DNA of 64,000 nt from Candidatus Latescibacterota bacterium (GCA_965248755.1 OZ252149.1:512001-576000); one strand, 5' to 3'. Positions 33,556 through 43,929 are shown, counted from the stretch's first letter. Notes: generated by a model not told the origin, from the sequence alone. Program-made: numbers and translations.

Positions 33556-33636
33556 AAAGATAGGTGATAACTATCGAGAATAACAGTGCTACCCCTTATG
33601 GAACGGGCTTGTCCAATTGAGGAAGGCTTGCCTGGA

Positions 33637-33665
33637 AACATAGAAAATATTTATTGAAAAGTCAA
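33637..33665 (-). promoter_or_regulatory. sigma70-type promoter upstream of tRNA-Tyr
   Basis: TTGACT-17 nt-TATGTT on the minus strand. Confidence 0.55.
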
Positions 33666-33762
33666 GGGAAATCTCGCCGTGGGGTTTACCCTGGACCCCT
33701 CAGAAATGTTTATTATGTTGAGCAAGGCGCTTGGGCTGCCCGTAGCGTAAAGGGACAGAGTC

Positions 33763-34512
33763 TTAATCCTTGGCCAGAAGTCCCAGTGCCTCCTGTTGCA
33801 TCTTTGTCAGCTCCTCAATGCCCTTTCTGGCAAGGGCTATCATCTTGTTCATTTGATCCTCTGAGAACGTCCCACCTTCGGCGGTTCCCTGTACCTCTAC
33901 AAATTTTCCCGATCCAGTCATGACAACGTTCATGTCAACTTGGGCCGAAGAATCCTCCTCGTAACAGAGATCTAGAGACGGAACTCCCCCGACTATTCCC
34001 ACGCTTACCGCCGCCACCGAGTCAGTTATAGGATCCTTTTCTATTATCTCCTGCTCCAACATTGCCCAGATGGCCTCCTTTAGGGCCACATAAGCTCCCG
34101 TTATGGCGGCCGTCCTTGTGCCGCCGTCAGCCTGTATGACGTCGCAGTCTATATCGATAGTCCTTTCTCCTATCTGATTCAGATCGATAATGGCCCTTAG
34201 AGATCTTCCGATGAGCCGCTGTATTTCAAAGGTTCTGCCCCTGACCCTTCCCGAAATCGATTCCCTGGTGTTTCTGGTTTTGGTAGCACGCGGCAACATG
34301 CCGTATTCTGAGGTAAGCCAGCCCTTTCCTGTATTATAAAGGAACGGTGGAACGCGGTCTTCCAGGCTGACAGAACAGATAACCTTTGTATTTCCCATCT
34401 GTATCAGAACCGATCCCTCTGCATGTATGAGATAGCTTCTTGTAATCTGAACAGGCCTCAGCCGGTCGGGTCGTTTTCCAGCCGTCCGAGCAGAGCCTCC
34501 ATCAAAAGTCAA
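33763..34512 (-). CDS. rph: Ribonuclease PH
   Basis: [52 protein letters not shown]. Confidence 0.98.
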   Translation of the reverse strand: MTFDGGSARTAGKRPDRLRPVQITRSYLIHAEGSVLIQMGNTKVICSVSLEDRVPPFLYNTGKGWLTSEYGMLPRATKTRNTRESISGRVRGRTFEIQRLIGRSLRAIIDLNQIGERTIDIDCDVIQADGGTRTAAITGAYVALKEAIWAMLEQEIIEKDPITDSVAAVSVGIVGGVPSLDLCYEEDSSAQVDMNVVMTGSGKFVEVQGTAEGGTFSEDQMNKMIALARKGIEELTKMQQEALGLLAKD

Positions 34513-35324
34513 TTCGTCCCCCCTATCTCAAAAGATCTTTCCAGTTTGAGGCGATAATCGGGCGATTTTACATTAACGATGTGACACATCTCCGCAAAAC
34601 GGGAATATATTCTGCCTCCCGCCAAAGATTTCACCTCGTCCAGGTTCAGGTTAGTCGTAACCGAAGTCAACCTCTCCTGCCCGTATCTGGTATCCACAAG
34701 GTCGTAAAGCATCTCTTTTTCCCAATCTGTATTGCGTTGGACACCGAAGTCGTCTATAACAAGGAAGGACACTTTACTTACGTACTCTACTATTTCGAAA
34801 GCGCGTCCGTAATCATCGCTCCCACGGTTGAAGGTGTCCCTGAGCTTTTGGAAATAACTAGAGGATAGGTTAAGATATCTCCCCTGTCTTTGGCAGTGCA
34901 GCATAAGCTCATTCAATAAGATGCATCCTGCCATGGTCTTCCCATTCCCAGTGTTTCCCCATAAAAAGAGACCCCTACATGGAACGCCACTTTCGCACTT
35001 TTCGACTATGTTGCTTATAAGACCTTTCAATTGAGGGACTCCCCTAATTTCAGCACCCGTGGGGTCCTTTTCTTTATAGTCTTTCAGAAACTTGAACTTA
35101 AATCTTTCGGGGATATCCGAAGCTGCGAATATTCGCTCCACCTTGTCTATCTTGTTGCGATACTCCCGGCACTGGCAGAATCTGGCCTGATCTCCTTCAA
35201 AATACTGGTAGGGGCTTTCTCCGCTGCACTGACAGATAACATTGCTGCAATCGCAGATGTCGAATATCCCACCTTTTTTCCCACTGCGGTAGTAGATTCC
35301 TATGCCATCGCATTTTTTGCACAT
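34509..35324 (-). CDS. DnaC/IstB-like AAA+ ATPase with Cys-rich N-terminus
   Basis: CKKC..CDC..CQC..CQC, IPERF, Walker A GNTGNGKT, Walker B LVIDDFG, TTN, RIYSRF.EMC, DYR; alternative GTG start at 35420. Confidence 0.85.
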   Translation of the reverse strand: MCKKCDGIGIYYRSGKKGGIFDICDCSNVICQCSGESPYQYFEGDQARFCQCREYRNKIDKVERIFAASDIPERFKFKFLKDYKEKDPTGAEIRGVPQLKGLISNIVEKCESGVPCRGLFLWGNTGNGKTMAGCILLNELMLHCQRQGRYLNLSSSYFQKLRDTFNRGSDDYGRAFEIVEYVSKVSFLVIDDFGVQRNTDWEKEMLYDLVDTRYGQERLTSVTTNLNLDEVKSLAGGRIYSRFAEMCHIVNVKSPDYRLKLERSFEIGGTN

Positions 35325-35409
35325 CTTCAGGCTCCAGACAATTCTTGCAGAGCATAAAAAGCTCACCTTCGACGACGTACCGGTCGCAAGGACTAGAACA
35401 AGGCCGGGC

Positions 35410-36924
35410 TTAACCTTCACTCAGTTCAGACTCGTGCTCGATCTTAAATTCCTTGACTGCCTCATAGATAGCCCTTGCTATCTTCTGGCGGAACGAGGTC
35501 CTTTTTAAGAGCTTTTCCTCTGTGGGATTGGATAAGAACGCTGTCTCGACCAGCACGCTGGGCATATTTGCAAGTGTTCCCTTCATCACATAGAAGCCCG
35601 CCTGTTTAACCCCCCTGTTCTTCAGGTTTGGGATTTTACTCATCTCGTCCTGTATCAAAGCTGCAAGGTCCTGGCTTTCTTTCAGGAAATTGCCGGACGC
35701 CATATCTAAAAGGACCTCGTACTGTATATCCCTCAACACGAAGTCCTGGGGATCTACGGAGGCTATCCCGGGGACGCCCGTGTCAAAAGCTAAAACTGAA
35801 TTTTCCTTTTGGGCGACCTGTTTTGCTTCCTCCGTCTCAGCCTCAGATAGAAAATACGTCTCCGACCCTTCGACTCTCCTCGACTTATTCGAATTGCAGT
35901 GGATACTTATGAAGACCTTGCCTCTGTCCTTCGTGGCTATCCGAGAGCGCTCCGTAAGGGGGACATAAACGTCAGATGATCTCGTCAGTACCGTTTGAAC
36001 CTTGAGGCGCTCTTTCAACAACTTACCTAGCCTTTTTGCAACGTCCAACGTTACGTCCTTCTCCTTAAGGCCTGTTGGCCCTATAGAACCCGAGTCTTTG
36101 CCTCCGTGTCCCGGATCTATAATTACGGTATTTATAGACCACGTCTCCTGGTCAATCTCTATCTCCTGAGCCCTCCTTAATGACAGGACGATCTGTCTGG
36201 GACTGTCCCTCGTGGTGATGTCGTAGTTGCTTATGTCTTTATCAAGGAGAAACAAAATTTGAGCTGAGTCTTTATTTTGTACAGCCAGTATCTTTCTAAC
36301 TGCTCCTTTTTTGGGAGATCTCTCTATCTTCTCAGGGTCAAGGCTCCCCCCAGAGACCGTTAGGTGCAGCCACTTAGGTTTACTGGTGTAGTCCTCTATC
36401 TCTTCTAACTTAAAATCTTTTTCGGTATATATAAAGACAATCGTCCCGTTGGTTCTTTCCTCTATCCTTAAAGAGGAGATATTGGCCACAGATGTCTCAA
36501 CCACAAGGGTTTTGAACTTTTCCTGCCATCGGAGCTTCCCGGGAACAGTCTTGCTCAGAAAATGAACAAAGGTTTTGGCTGGAACATAAACAGAACCCTG
36601 ATGGAGAAGGGAGGGAAGAGATAGGTTGTAGCTGTTGTCGTCAACGATGATCAGAGGACTAAACGCTGTAAGGGTGATACGGCTATCGCCCATTCTAAGG
36701 ACCATCTTTTTGGTCAGAGGATTCCAGTAGGGCAACTGCAGACCGTCGAATTGACGCCCCAGCGATATGGCTGATATGTAGGTCACCTCGTCAATCGTTA
36801 CGATGTCTAGCTTTCCCTCTTGGCTCCCGTCAGTATAGATGACCTTAGCTTCTTCAGCTAGTACATCTGTCCAGAATATCGCAAAAACAAAAATAAGAGC
36901 GGCAAACAATATGATCCTTAGCAT
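35410..36924 (-). CDS. N-acetylmuramoyl-L-alanine amidase (Amidase_3, AmiC-like), secreted
   Basis: Signal peptide; IDPGHGGKD, EKDVTL, FISIHCN, VLVETAFLSN. Confidence 0.93.
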   Translation of the reverse strand: MLRIILFAALIFVFAIFWTDVLAEEAKVIYTDGSQEGKLDIVTIDEVTYISAISLGRQFDGLQLPYWNPLTKKMVLRMGDSRITLTAFSPLIIVDDNSYNLSLPSLLHQGSVYVPAKTFVHFLSKTVPGKLRWQEKFKTLVVETSVANISSLRIEERTNGTIVFIYTEKDFKLEEIEDYTSKPKWLHLTVSGGSLDPEKIERSPKKGAVRKILAVQNKDSAQILFLLDKDISNYDITTRDSPRQIVLSLRRAQEIEIDQETWSINTVIIDPGHGGKDSGSIGPTGLKEKDVTLDVAKRLGKLLKERLKVQTVLTRSSDVYVPLTERSRIATKDRGKVFISIHCNSNKSRRVEGSETYFLSEAETEEAKQVAQKENSVLAFDTGVPGIASVDPQDFVLRDIQYEVLLDMASGNFLKESQDLAALIQDEMSKIPNLKNRGVKQAGFYVMKGTLANMPSVLVETAFLSNPTEEKLLKRTSFRQKIARAIYEAVKEFKIEHESELSEG

Positions 36925-37028
36925 AATACTCTCAAATCCCCCAATGATAAGTGGACAGCATACAGGGACGGTAGATAGTCTAAGTGAGATTGCTTCGCTA
37001 TCCCAAGGGAGGGAGGGAGGTGGCCTGT

Positions 37029-37481
37029 CTACTGTCTACTTGCTTTGAGGGCCCTGTCGATCTCCATCTGCGCTGCTTTTCTTGCCATATCCTCGCGCTT
37101 GTCGAACACCCTTTTGCCCTTTGCCAGTGCAATCTCGACCTTAGCTTTTCCTGAGCTGTTGAAATATACCTTCAGCGGGACGAGCGTTAGCCCGCGCTCT
37201 TGGACCCTTCCGATGAGCTTCTTTATTTCGTATTTGTGCAACAACAATTTTCTGACCCTTTCAGGATCGTGGTTGTGCACTCCGCCCTGTTCGTATGCGC
37301 TTATGTGCATATTGTAAAGCTGTACCTGGCCCTTTTCGACCCTTGCATAGCTGTCCTTTAAGTTGGCTTTGCCCTGTCTTAAGGATTTTACCTCAGTGCC
37401 TTTTAGTTCTATTCCGGCTTCAATTGCGTCGAGTATATGGTAATCGTGCCGAGCGCGCCGGTTTTGTGTTATGATCTTCAT
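37029..37481 (-). CDS. smpB: SsrA-binding protein SmpB
   Basis: NRRARHDY, EAGIELKGTEVKSLR, RKLLLHK, GKRVFDKRE. Confidence 0.99.
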   Translation of the reverse strand: MKIITQNRRARHDYHILDAIEAGIELKGTEVKSLRQGKANLKDSYARVEKGQVQLYNMHISAYEQGGVHNHDPERVRKLLLHKYEIKKLIGRVQERGLTLVPLKVYFNSSGKAKVEIALAKGKRVFDKREDMARKAAQMEIDRALKASRQ

Positions 37482-37588
37482 CTTCTACATATATCCTTCA
37501 CAGCTTCCACCAACGTATCGAGTTCTCTTTCCAGCGTAAAGAACCTCACAGACACTCTAACACCGTCGAATCTCAGCTCCGTGGATCT
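37478..37588 (-). pseudogene. 3' remnant of a probable class-V aminotransferase/cysteine-desulfurase-like gene
   Basis: Reads ...FDGVRVSVRFFTLERELDTLVEAVKDICRR*; stop overlaps the smpB ATG; cut off at the MITE end. Confidence 0.55.
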
Positions 37589-37590
37589 GG

Positions 37591-37839
37591 CCTGATTAAT
37601 TCATAAATTTCGTGAAGTCATTGCGAGGAGCAAAGCGGTCCCCGATAGAATCAATCGGAGAAGCAATCTCAAGGTTTTATAGTGGTCTCCTATGAGATCC
37701 GGAGACTATTACATCTACAACAGAATCCAGATTGCTTCGCCTTCGGCTCGCAATGACACCGAAGGTGGTTAAACAGCATAACTATAATATAATACAATCT
37801 CTTAATTAATACACAGCCCTTTTTTGTGAATTATTCGGG
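37591..37839. mobile_element. Non-autonomous MITE-like element, copy 1 (249 bp)
   Basis: TIRs cctgattaattca / tgaattattcggg; near-identical inverted copy at 46832-47100; internal GTCATTGCGAG...GCAATC / GATTGC...CTCGCAATGAC palindrome. Confidence 0.85.
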
Positions 37840-37841
37840 TT

Positions 37842-38194
37842 AGAAGATCTACTATGTGTTTGTGCTGTCGAGATCTGCTCAGAACAGGGATCTCCTGCCC
37901 TCCTTCGACTATGAGCTTTTTCCAATTTAACTCTACGGCCGCGTCTATTGAGTCTTTTGTCTCCTCTATGAAGTCCTCTCTGTTGGAGGGATCGACCAGC
38001 GATCCGCAGGAGTTGAGAAAAGCTGCTATCTCCATGCCAGATACTGAAGCCGTTGACTTGACGGCATCCAGCTCCTTGTCCCTCCATCTCCAAAACTCAA
38101 ATGCCTTAAGACCAGCAGAACCCAGCTTTCTTATCCTCTCCTTGATCGGAAGGTCCTTATAGAAAGATTCTATGCATCCTGAAAGTCTGATCAG
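37842..38194 (-). pseudogene. 5' half of a hydroxypyruvate-isomerase-like TIM-barrel gene, truncated by the MITE
   Basis: LIRLSGCIESFYKDLPIKERIRKLGSAGLKAFEFWRW...LVDPSNREDFIEE...; frame runs into the MITE TIR. Confidence 0.7.
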
Positions 38195-38215
38195 TGGATC
38201 TGTCCTTGTGAGACC

Positions 38216-39448
38216 TTATCTTCCAGGATACGCCCTGTTTTCAAGCTCAGCGATGAACTTCTCGGCCTCTATGGCAGCCGCCGCTCCCGTCCCTGCCGCC
38301 GTAATCGCCTGGCGGAAGACGTAATCCTGCACATCCCCGGCGGCAAAGACACCTTCGATATTTGTGTGCTGGACCCTGTCAGTTATGATGTAACCCACCT
38401 CGTCCATTTCGATCTGACCTTTGAAGATCTCCGTGTTGGGATAGTGGCCGATGAAGATGAACACTCCATCAACAGGCTTTATCGCCTCCTCGTCTGTCTT
38501 GACGTTCAAGAGACGGCTGGAAGTAACACCATTTCCGTCCCCGATAATCTCGGTGACTTTTGTATCCCAGATGAAGTCTATTTTATCATTTTTCCTGGCT
38601 CTGGTCTGAAGGATCTCGCTGGCTCTCAGTCTGTCTCTCCTGTGGATCATGGTCACCCTGGTGGCAAATCTGGTCAGGAACATCCCTTCCTCCACGGCGG
38701 CATCTCCTCCTCCGACCACTACTATTTCCTTGTCCTTGAAGAAGAACCCGTCGCATGTAGCGCAGTAGGACACACCCTTTCCTATGTATTCCTGCTCTCC
38801 GGGAATCTGCAGCATTCTGGGGGATGAGCCTGTGCTTATCACCACAGCTTTTGCGATATACTCAGTGTCATGCGTCCACGCTTTGAAGGGATAGCTCAAG
38901 AAATCCACCTTGTGCACGTAGTCGTACACTATCTTAGCTCCGAATCGCTCCGCCTGCGCTGTCATCTCCGCAACAAGTTCGGGTCCCTTTATTCCGTTTG
39001 TAAAACCCGGATAGTTTTCTATGTCCTCCGTAATAGATATCTGTCCTCCATGCTCCTTACCCGTTACCACTACGGTATCGAGTTCCGCCCTTCCAGCGTA
39101 GAGCGCAGCGGTCAGTCCGGCAGGTCCTGAGCCTATTATGAGGATCTCTGTAGACTTTGAATTGCCATTCCCCCGGTTTTCCTCTTTTGTTTGGTCCGAT
39201 GCCATATCGTCTAATTCCCCTGAAACTGCTAAGTTGTAAAGATCGTCATCGTCTCCTACGTACTTATCGTCTATGAATATCTGAGGGACGTCTCTGCGTC
39301 CCCCTGTCAGCTCCATTATTTTGTCCCTCATTTCCAAATTTCCGAATATATTTATCTCCTGGTAGGCGATTTTCAATCCATCGAGTATCTTTTTAGCCCT
39401 GTCGCAGTAAGAACAGTATTCCGTCGTGTAGATCTTGACCTTCTTCAT
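38216..39448 (-). CDS. trxB: Glutaredoxin-thioredoxin reductase fusion
   Basis: N-terminal Grx (YTTEYCSYC, VPQIFI); then GSGPAG, SYCATCDGFF, GGGDAA, HRRD, GVFAAGD. Confidence 0.92.
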   Translation of the reverse strand: MKKVKIYTTEYCSYCDRAKKILDGLKIAYQEINIFGNLEMRDKIMELTGGRRDVPQIFIDDKYVGDDDDLYNLAVSGELDDMASDQTKEENRGNGNSKSTEILIIGSGPAGLTAALYAGRAELDTVVVTGKEHGGQISITEDIENYPGFTNGIKGPELVAEMTAQAERFGAKIVYDYVHKVDFLSYPFKAWTHDTEYIAKAVVISTGSSPRMLQIPGEQEYIGKGVSYCATCDGFFFKDKEIVVVGGGDAAVEEGMFLTRFATRVTMIHRRDRLRASEILQTRARKNDKIDFIWDTKVTEIIGDGNGVTSSRLLNVKTDEEAIKPVDGVFIFIGHYPNTEIFKGQIEMDEVGYIITDRVQHTNIEGVFAAGDVQDYVFRQAITAAGTGAAAAIEAEKFIAELENRAYPGR

Positions 39449-39516
39449 TAGCCCCTTATTCCCACGGCTTTTTCGGCTTACTCAGTTAAGTTTGAGGCGA
39501 ATAACTACAGTTTTGA

Positions 39517-39545
39517 AGTATAAGATAGACGGCAGGGAAAGTCAA
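39517..39545 (-). promoter_or_regulatory. sigma70-type promoter of the Grx-TrxR gene
   Basis: TTGACT-17 nt-TATACT on the minus strand. Confidence 0.65.
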
Positions 39546-39727
39546 GAATGAAAATCCGAAGCCAGACACATGAACTACTAAGCGTAAGGAAAGTCCCATA
39601 TCTCGGGGCATAACTCAAGAACGATTATTCTTCAATCCCAAATAGATGCGGTCGGTGATCTGCGTCCTTCAAACACACAGCGGAAACTTGGCAAGTATTA
39701 AGGCTATCCGACTTTCTCCTATCCTGC

Positions 39728-40453
39728 CTAGCCCATCTTGCTCAAGAAATACACCCAAATCACACCTGACGCTGCATAAGGAACCCACAGTCCAAATACG
39801 ATGCTTGTCCCCTTGCTCGTGGACATTCTGGCTACAATCCCTATTCCTATTGCCAGGATACAAAGATACCAGATTGTGAAAATATCGATCTTGTATGCGA
39901 CAGCGTACCAGACGGAGTCCTCCATATCGGGTGGCAACAGGAAAGTCAGACTTGTAAGGACCTCCATTGTCCCCTTGTTCAACATCAAAAGTGTCTTAAC
40001 GACTGTCTCCACAGTTACTATCAACCAACTGTAAGACACGACTGAAAACATCTGTGTGTAGTCCGTCTTTCCTCCCAGTACCACATTCACCATAAACAAA
40101 AACACAACCGCCTGCACAAGAGCCGTAAAGATAACACCTATGCCTCCTCCGACCGCAGTCATCGCACCCATTTGGCCTTCTGCCTGCCACAACTGCTCTA
40201 ACATCTCCTGCTTCTGCTCAGAAGACATACTCTCATTCTTCTCAATTGCAACTCTTTGCTGCTCTACCATAAGCGGTCTTAAAGCATTTCCCGCAGCGAT
40301 TACCACAATCACAGCAATAAGAAGCGGAACCGCCCAGTCGATCCAATGCATTTCATCTCTTACGGCCTCAAACGTCCTTTTAGGCGAGAAGAAAACCCCA
40401 ACTATCCTTGACATCAGCAGAACGTTGTCCCGCTTTGAAGTCTCATCTGACAT
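39728..40453 (-). CDS. Yip1-family membrane protein
   Basis: RIVGVFFSPKRTF, about five TM segments, IDIFTIW motif. Confidence 0.75.
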   Translation of the reverse strand: MSDETSKRDNVLLMSRIVGVFFSPKRTFEAVRDEMHWIDWAVPLLIAVIVVIAAGNALRPLMVEQQRVAIEKNESMSSEQKQEMLEQLWQAEGQMGAMTAVGGGIGVIFTALVQAVVFLFMVNVVLGGKTDYTQMFSVVSYSWLIVTVETVVKTLLMLNKGTMEVLTSLTFLLPPDMEDSVWYAVAYKIDIFTIWYLCILAIGIGIVARMSTSKGTSIVFGLWVPYAASGVIWVYFLSKMG

Positions 40454-40558
40454 AAATGAATTACCTCATTTGATTATCTTGGATTCCAAAAACGATAGAA
40501 TTGGGATCGCTTCGCTTTGCTTTTATGACGTTGCTCGACCTCGGCCTTCCGTGCACTT

Positions 40559-41248
40559 TCACGTACCACCCTCAAACAATATAACGTGAACCTCCTTGGG
40601 ACCGTGCACACCTGTAGCTAAAGTAAGCTCAATATCCGCAGTCTTACTTGGCCCCGTAATGAAATTTATGCAGTTCGGTGTATTTTGGACTAGTCCTTCA
40701 TCCTTAAAAGCGGCAAAAAGATCGAAAAGATCGGGGACCACCTGTTTTGGCTCCACAAAGGCAACGTGAATCGGGGGAAGGAGACTAACGGAACGTCCTC
40801 TGTGGGAATCTGACACCAACACCAGTGTCCCTGTCTCGCCGACAGCCCAATCTACGTCTGAAATCCCCATGTCCGCGTTGAACATTATCTCAACTTTGTT
40901 ATCGTCATCCTTCAGTTGGTCCCACCTCCATACTTTAACGCCATTGGCCTTTAAGGCACCCTCCATTTTCAACCTATCCCAAAGCGGGAAATCCCATCTG
41001 ATAATAGATTCGACTCTACTTTCTTTTATGATTTTCAGCATCACATCGATGGTCTCATCCCTATCCTTCGTCCTATAGACCCTCATCCCCACCTTTTGTG
41101 CCTCAGACGCAAAATGCTCTAAAATGTCGTCTCCCGCCCCCAGGTAACCCGCGTTTTCATCCACATTGTGATCGTGATCGTAGTCGAATGTCCCCCTGCT
41201 CAAAGCCCTCTTCACTCTGGCTAAAAACATGTCCTTAGACGTGCTCAT
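40559..41248 (-). CDS. lutC: Lactate utilization protein C (LUD domain)
   Basis: AVGETGTL, RSVSLLPPIHVA, ITGPSKTADIELTL..GVHGP. Confidence 0.92.
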   Translation of the reverse strand: MSTSKDMFLARVKRALSRGTFDYDHDHNVDENAGYLGAGDDILEHFASEAQKVGMRVYRTKDRDETIDVMLKIIKESRVESIIRWDFPLWDRLKMEGALKANGVKVWRWDQLKDDDNKVEIMFNADMGISDVDWAVGETGTLVLVSDSHRGRSVSLLPPIHVAFVEPKQVVPDLFDLFAAFKDEGLVQNTPNCINFITGPSKTADIELTLATGVHGPKEVHVILFEGGT

Positions 41249-41257
41249 CTTTTTACC

Positions 41258-41590
41258 CTATCGCTTGAGTTTCTTTATCTCCATTACCAGAATAAAAAGG
41301 CCCAGCCCCAGGATAATTGTCCCTATGATACTCTGGAAAGAGCTGATCCTGGTGTAAAACACGTCAGCCGACTCACCCCAGGGGATGCTCATTTGGCCGG
41401 CGTCCATTTTACGGTAGACATCGCTCTTCCATTTCTCTATTATTATTAAACCTATCACATCTGTCCACGCTATATAGATTGCAAGGAACATAAGTCCCTT
41501 CAGATGCACAGTAGCGTAAGCCCAGATAGCCGTCGCCATAAGAACGATCTTCAATATAAAGACAAGGATCGCTATCACAGAATCGAACAT
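41258..41590 (-). CDS. Hypothetical membrane protein (about 3 TM)
   Basis: AAGGAGG upstream of ATG 41590; hydrophobic segments. Confidence 0.65.
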   Translation of the reverse strand: MFDSVIAILVFILKIVLMATAIWAYATVHLKGLMFLAIYIAWTDVIGLIIIEKWKSDVYRKMDAGQMSIPWGESADVFYTRISSFQSIIGTIILGLGLFILVMEIKKLKR

Positions 41591-41737
41591 AGCATCTACC
41601 TCCTTAATAAGTAAACAGTAATCAGTAGACAGGAGCCCATCCTCCCCCCTACGACCGTCATTGCGAGCAAAGCTAAGCAATCTCGTAGACAGTAGACGGG
41701 GAGGAGTAGGGATGCCCTGTCTACTAACTACTGTCTA

Positions 41738-43132
41738 CTATTTTATATCTTTCCACATTGCTCGAAACGGCTTTTTAGCAAATGCCGGAAAATCCCTCTT
41801 ATCCGTCCATCCTGAAATTGGGAGTGGGAGCCGTTTTATCCATCCGTCCCGCGCGGATAGGTTAAAAAGGAGTCTGGAAGCCCATGAGCCCAGACGATAA
41901 AGGACGCTTGAGGACAGCCCCATTGCCCAGAGCTTAAATATGAACCTTTCGCCCCAGGATGCGATCTTCCTCTTTACAAGTTGATTCCTCCACGTAATAA
42001 GCATCCTTGGAATCTGTATTCCCACAGGGCAGACATCCTGACACGCACCGCATAGAGAAGAAGCATGCGGAAGTTCAAAGAACTCCTCATCTCCTTCGTA
42101 AAACGGTGTCAGTACTGAACCTATCGGTCCCGAATAGACGCCTCCGTAGGCGTGCCCGCCGACTTTTCCGTACACAGGACAGACGTTAAGACACGCACCG
42201 CATCTAATGCAATATAAAGACTCCCTAAAAGGGCTCCCCAAGATCTGCGACCTGCCGTTGTCCATAACGATAAGATGAAACTCTTTTGCGCCGTCCAGCT
42301 CATCCGGAGCCTTAGGACCGGTTACAAAAGACACATATATCGACATCTTTTGACCGGTTGCACTCCTGTTTACAAGCTTTAAGAACACAGGAACGTCTTC
42401 CAACTTCGGTAGAACCTTTTCCATGCCCATAATCGCTACGTGAACGTCAGGCAGAGTCATGGTCATCCTGGCGTTCCCCTCGTTCGTGATGACCAAAACC
42501 GTCCCCGTCTCGGCGATAGCGAAGTTCACTCCCGTGATCCCCATATCGGCGTTTTTGAATTTTTCCCTCAGAACTTTCCTCGCTTTGCCTGCGATCGCAT
42601 CGGCTGAAGGGGGAAATTCTTCTCCAAATTCTTGAGAAAATAGCTCTGCAGTCTGTTCCTTCGTCTTGTGGATCATAGGAGCCACAAGATGAGATGGTCG
42701 CTCCCCCGCAAGCTGAATGACGAAGTCCCCCAGATCTGTCTCCGACACCTCAATTCCCGCACTCTCCAAAGAAGCATTAAGCTCGATCTCCTCGGTCGTC
42801 ATAGACTTCGATTTTACGACAGACTTAACTTTCCTGTCCTTAGCTATCCCAACGACAATCTTCCTCGCCTCATCAGCATCTGAGGCCCAGTGGACAATTC
42901 CCCCGGCACGAGATACATTTTTTTCAAGCTCATCTAAATATCTATCCAGACCCTCGATAGTCTTCCTTTTGATCTCCCTTGCCCTCTTAACCAGGGCCTT
43001 CCTGTCGGGAATCTCAGCAAATGACTTTATCCTCCCATCCACAAACTTATCAGTCGCTCTCTTTACCGCAACCTGAAGAAGCTCGTCCTTGATAGCTTCT
43101 GAGCTTTCCTGTGTAAAGTTATGTCTGTTCAA
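41738..43132 (-). CDS. lutB: Lactate utilization Fe-S protein B
   Basis: KSKSMTTEEI, ETDLGD, NEGN, CIRCGACLNVCP, SSLCGACQDVCP. Confidence 0.95.
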   Translation of the reverse strand: MNRHNFTQESSEAIKDELLQVAVKRATDKFVDGRIKSFAEIPDRKALVKRAREIKRKTIEGLDRYLDELEKNVSRAGGIVHWASDADEARKIVVGIAKDRKVKSVVKSKSMTTEEIELNASLESAGIEVSETDLGDFVIQLAGERPSHLVAPMIHKTKEQTAELFSQEFGEEFPPSADAIAGKARKVLREKFKNADMGITGVNFAIAETGTVLVITNEGNARMTMTLPDVHVAIMGMEKVLPKLEDVPVFLKLVNRSATGQKMSIYVSFVTGPKAPDELDGAKEFHLIVMDNGRSQILGSPFRESLYCIRCGACLNVCPVYGKVGGHAYGGVYSGPIGSVLTPFYEGDEEFFELPHASSLCGACQDVCPVGIQIPRMLITWRNQLVKRKIASWGERFIFKLWAMGLSSSVLYRLGSWASRLLFNLSARDGWIKRLPLPISGWTDKRDFPAFAKKPFRAMWKDIK

Positions 43133-43188
43133 GTATAGCTCCCAGAAAACAAGCAGACAGTAGACAGGGGCACCTCACCCCTCCCTGT

Positions 43189-43929
43189 CTACTCTTTAGT
43201 TGACTCTACACCTCTCCCTTTTACTAAAAGCTCCGCAATATGCATTACCCTTGTCTCGATCCCCCTTCTTTTCAATCCTCCTGCTATATTCATCATACAG
43301 CCCGCATCGTTTGCAATTACCACTCCTGCCTTACATCCCGCAATCGAGTCAGTCTTATCCTTCAACATAGCACCGGAGATCTCGGGGTACCTCACGGAGA
43401 ACGCCCCGCCGAATCCACAGCATTTATCCATTCCCTCCATCTGGATGTACTCTGCGCCCTTCACGCACTCTATCAATCTGACCGACTCATCGGTAAGACC
43501 TATTGCCCTTTGATGGCAGGAAAAATGATAGGTCACCTTCCCTTCAAAGTGCGCATGCACATCCTTAACACCGAGGACATTTACCAGAAAATCGGCAAAT
43601 TCATAGCACTTTTTCCCCAACTCTTCAGCTTCTCTTTTCATCCTGTCGTCGTCTTCAAAGAGCAGAGGATAGTACTCCTTCACCATAGCGACGCACGACC
43701 CCGAAGGAGCCACGACATACTCACTCTTTTCAAAGACCCTTATCATCCTCTTGGCAAGCCTTCTCGTCTCATCCCAAAAGCCGTTGTTGAAAGCGGGCTG
43801 ACCGCAGCACGTCTGGCCCTTTGGAAAATCCACGTCCACGCCCAGGCCCTTCAGCACTTTTACAGAGCACACTCCTGCCTGAGGATAGAACAGATCAGCT
43901 AGACAAGTGATAAAAAGCGAGACTTTCAA
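43189..43929 (-). CDS. lutA: Lactate utilization protein A (CCG domains)
   Basis: LFITCL.D, QTCCGQPAFNNG, PSGSC, CCGFGGAF, GCMMNI. Confidence 0.95.
   Translation of the reverse strand: MKVSLFITCLADLFYPQAGVCSVKVLKGLGVDVDFPKGQTCCGQPAFNNGFWDETRRLAKRMIRVFEKSEYVVAPSGSCVAMVKEYYPLLFEDDDRMKREAEELGKKCYEFADFLVNVLGVKDVHAHFEGKVTYHFSCHQRAIGLTDESVRLIECVKGAEYIQMEGMDKCCGFGGAFSVRYPEISGAMLKDKTDSIAGCKAGVVIANDAGCMMNIAGGLKRRGIETRVMHIAELLVKGRGVESTKE

Noticed and set aside
34509..35420. IS21 element or prophage implied by the IstB-like ATPase
   Set aside because: No IstA, terminal repeats or phage genes nearby.
38216..43929. Selenocysteine or pyrrolysine read-through in redox genes
   Set aside because: Grx-TrxR and lutABC frames are complete, with Cys at catalytic positions and no in-frame TGA or TAG.
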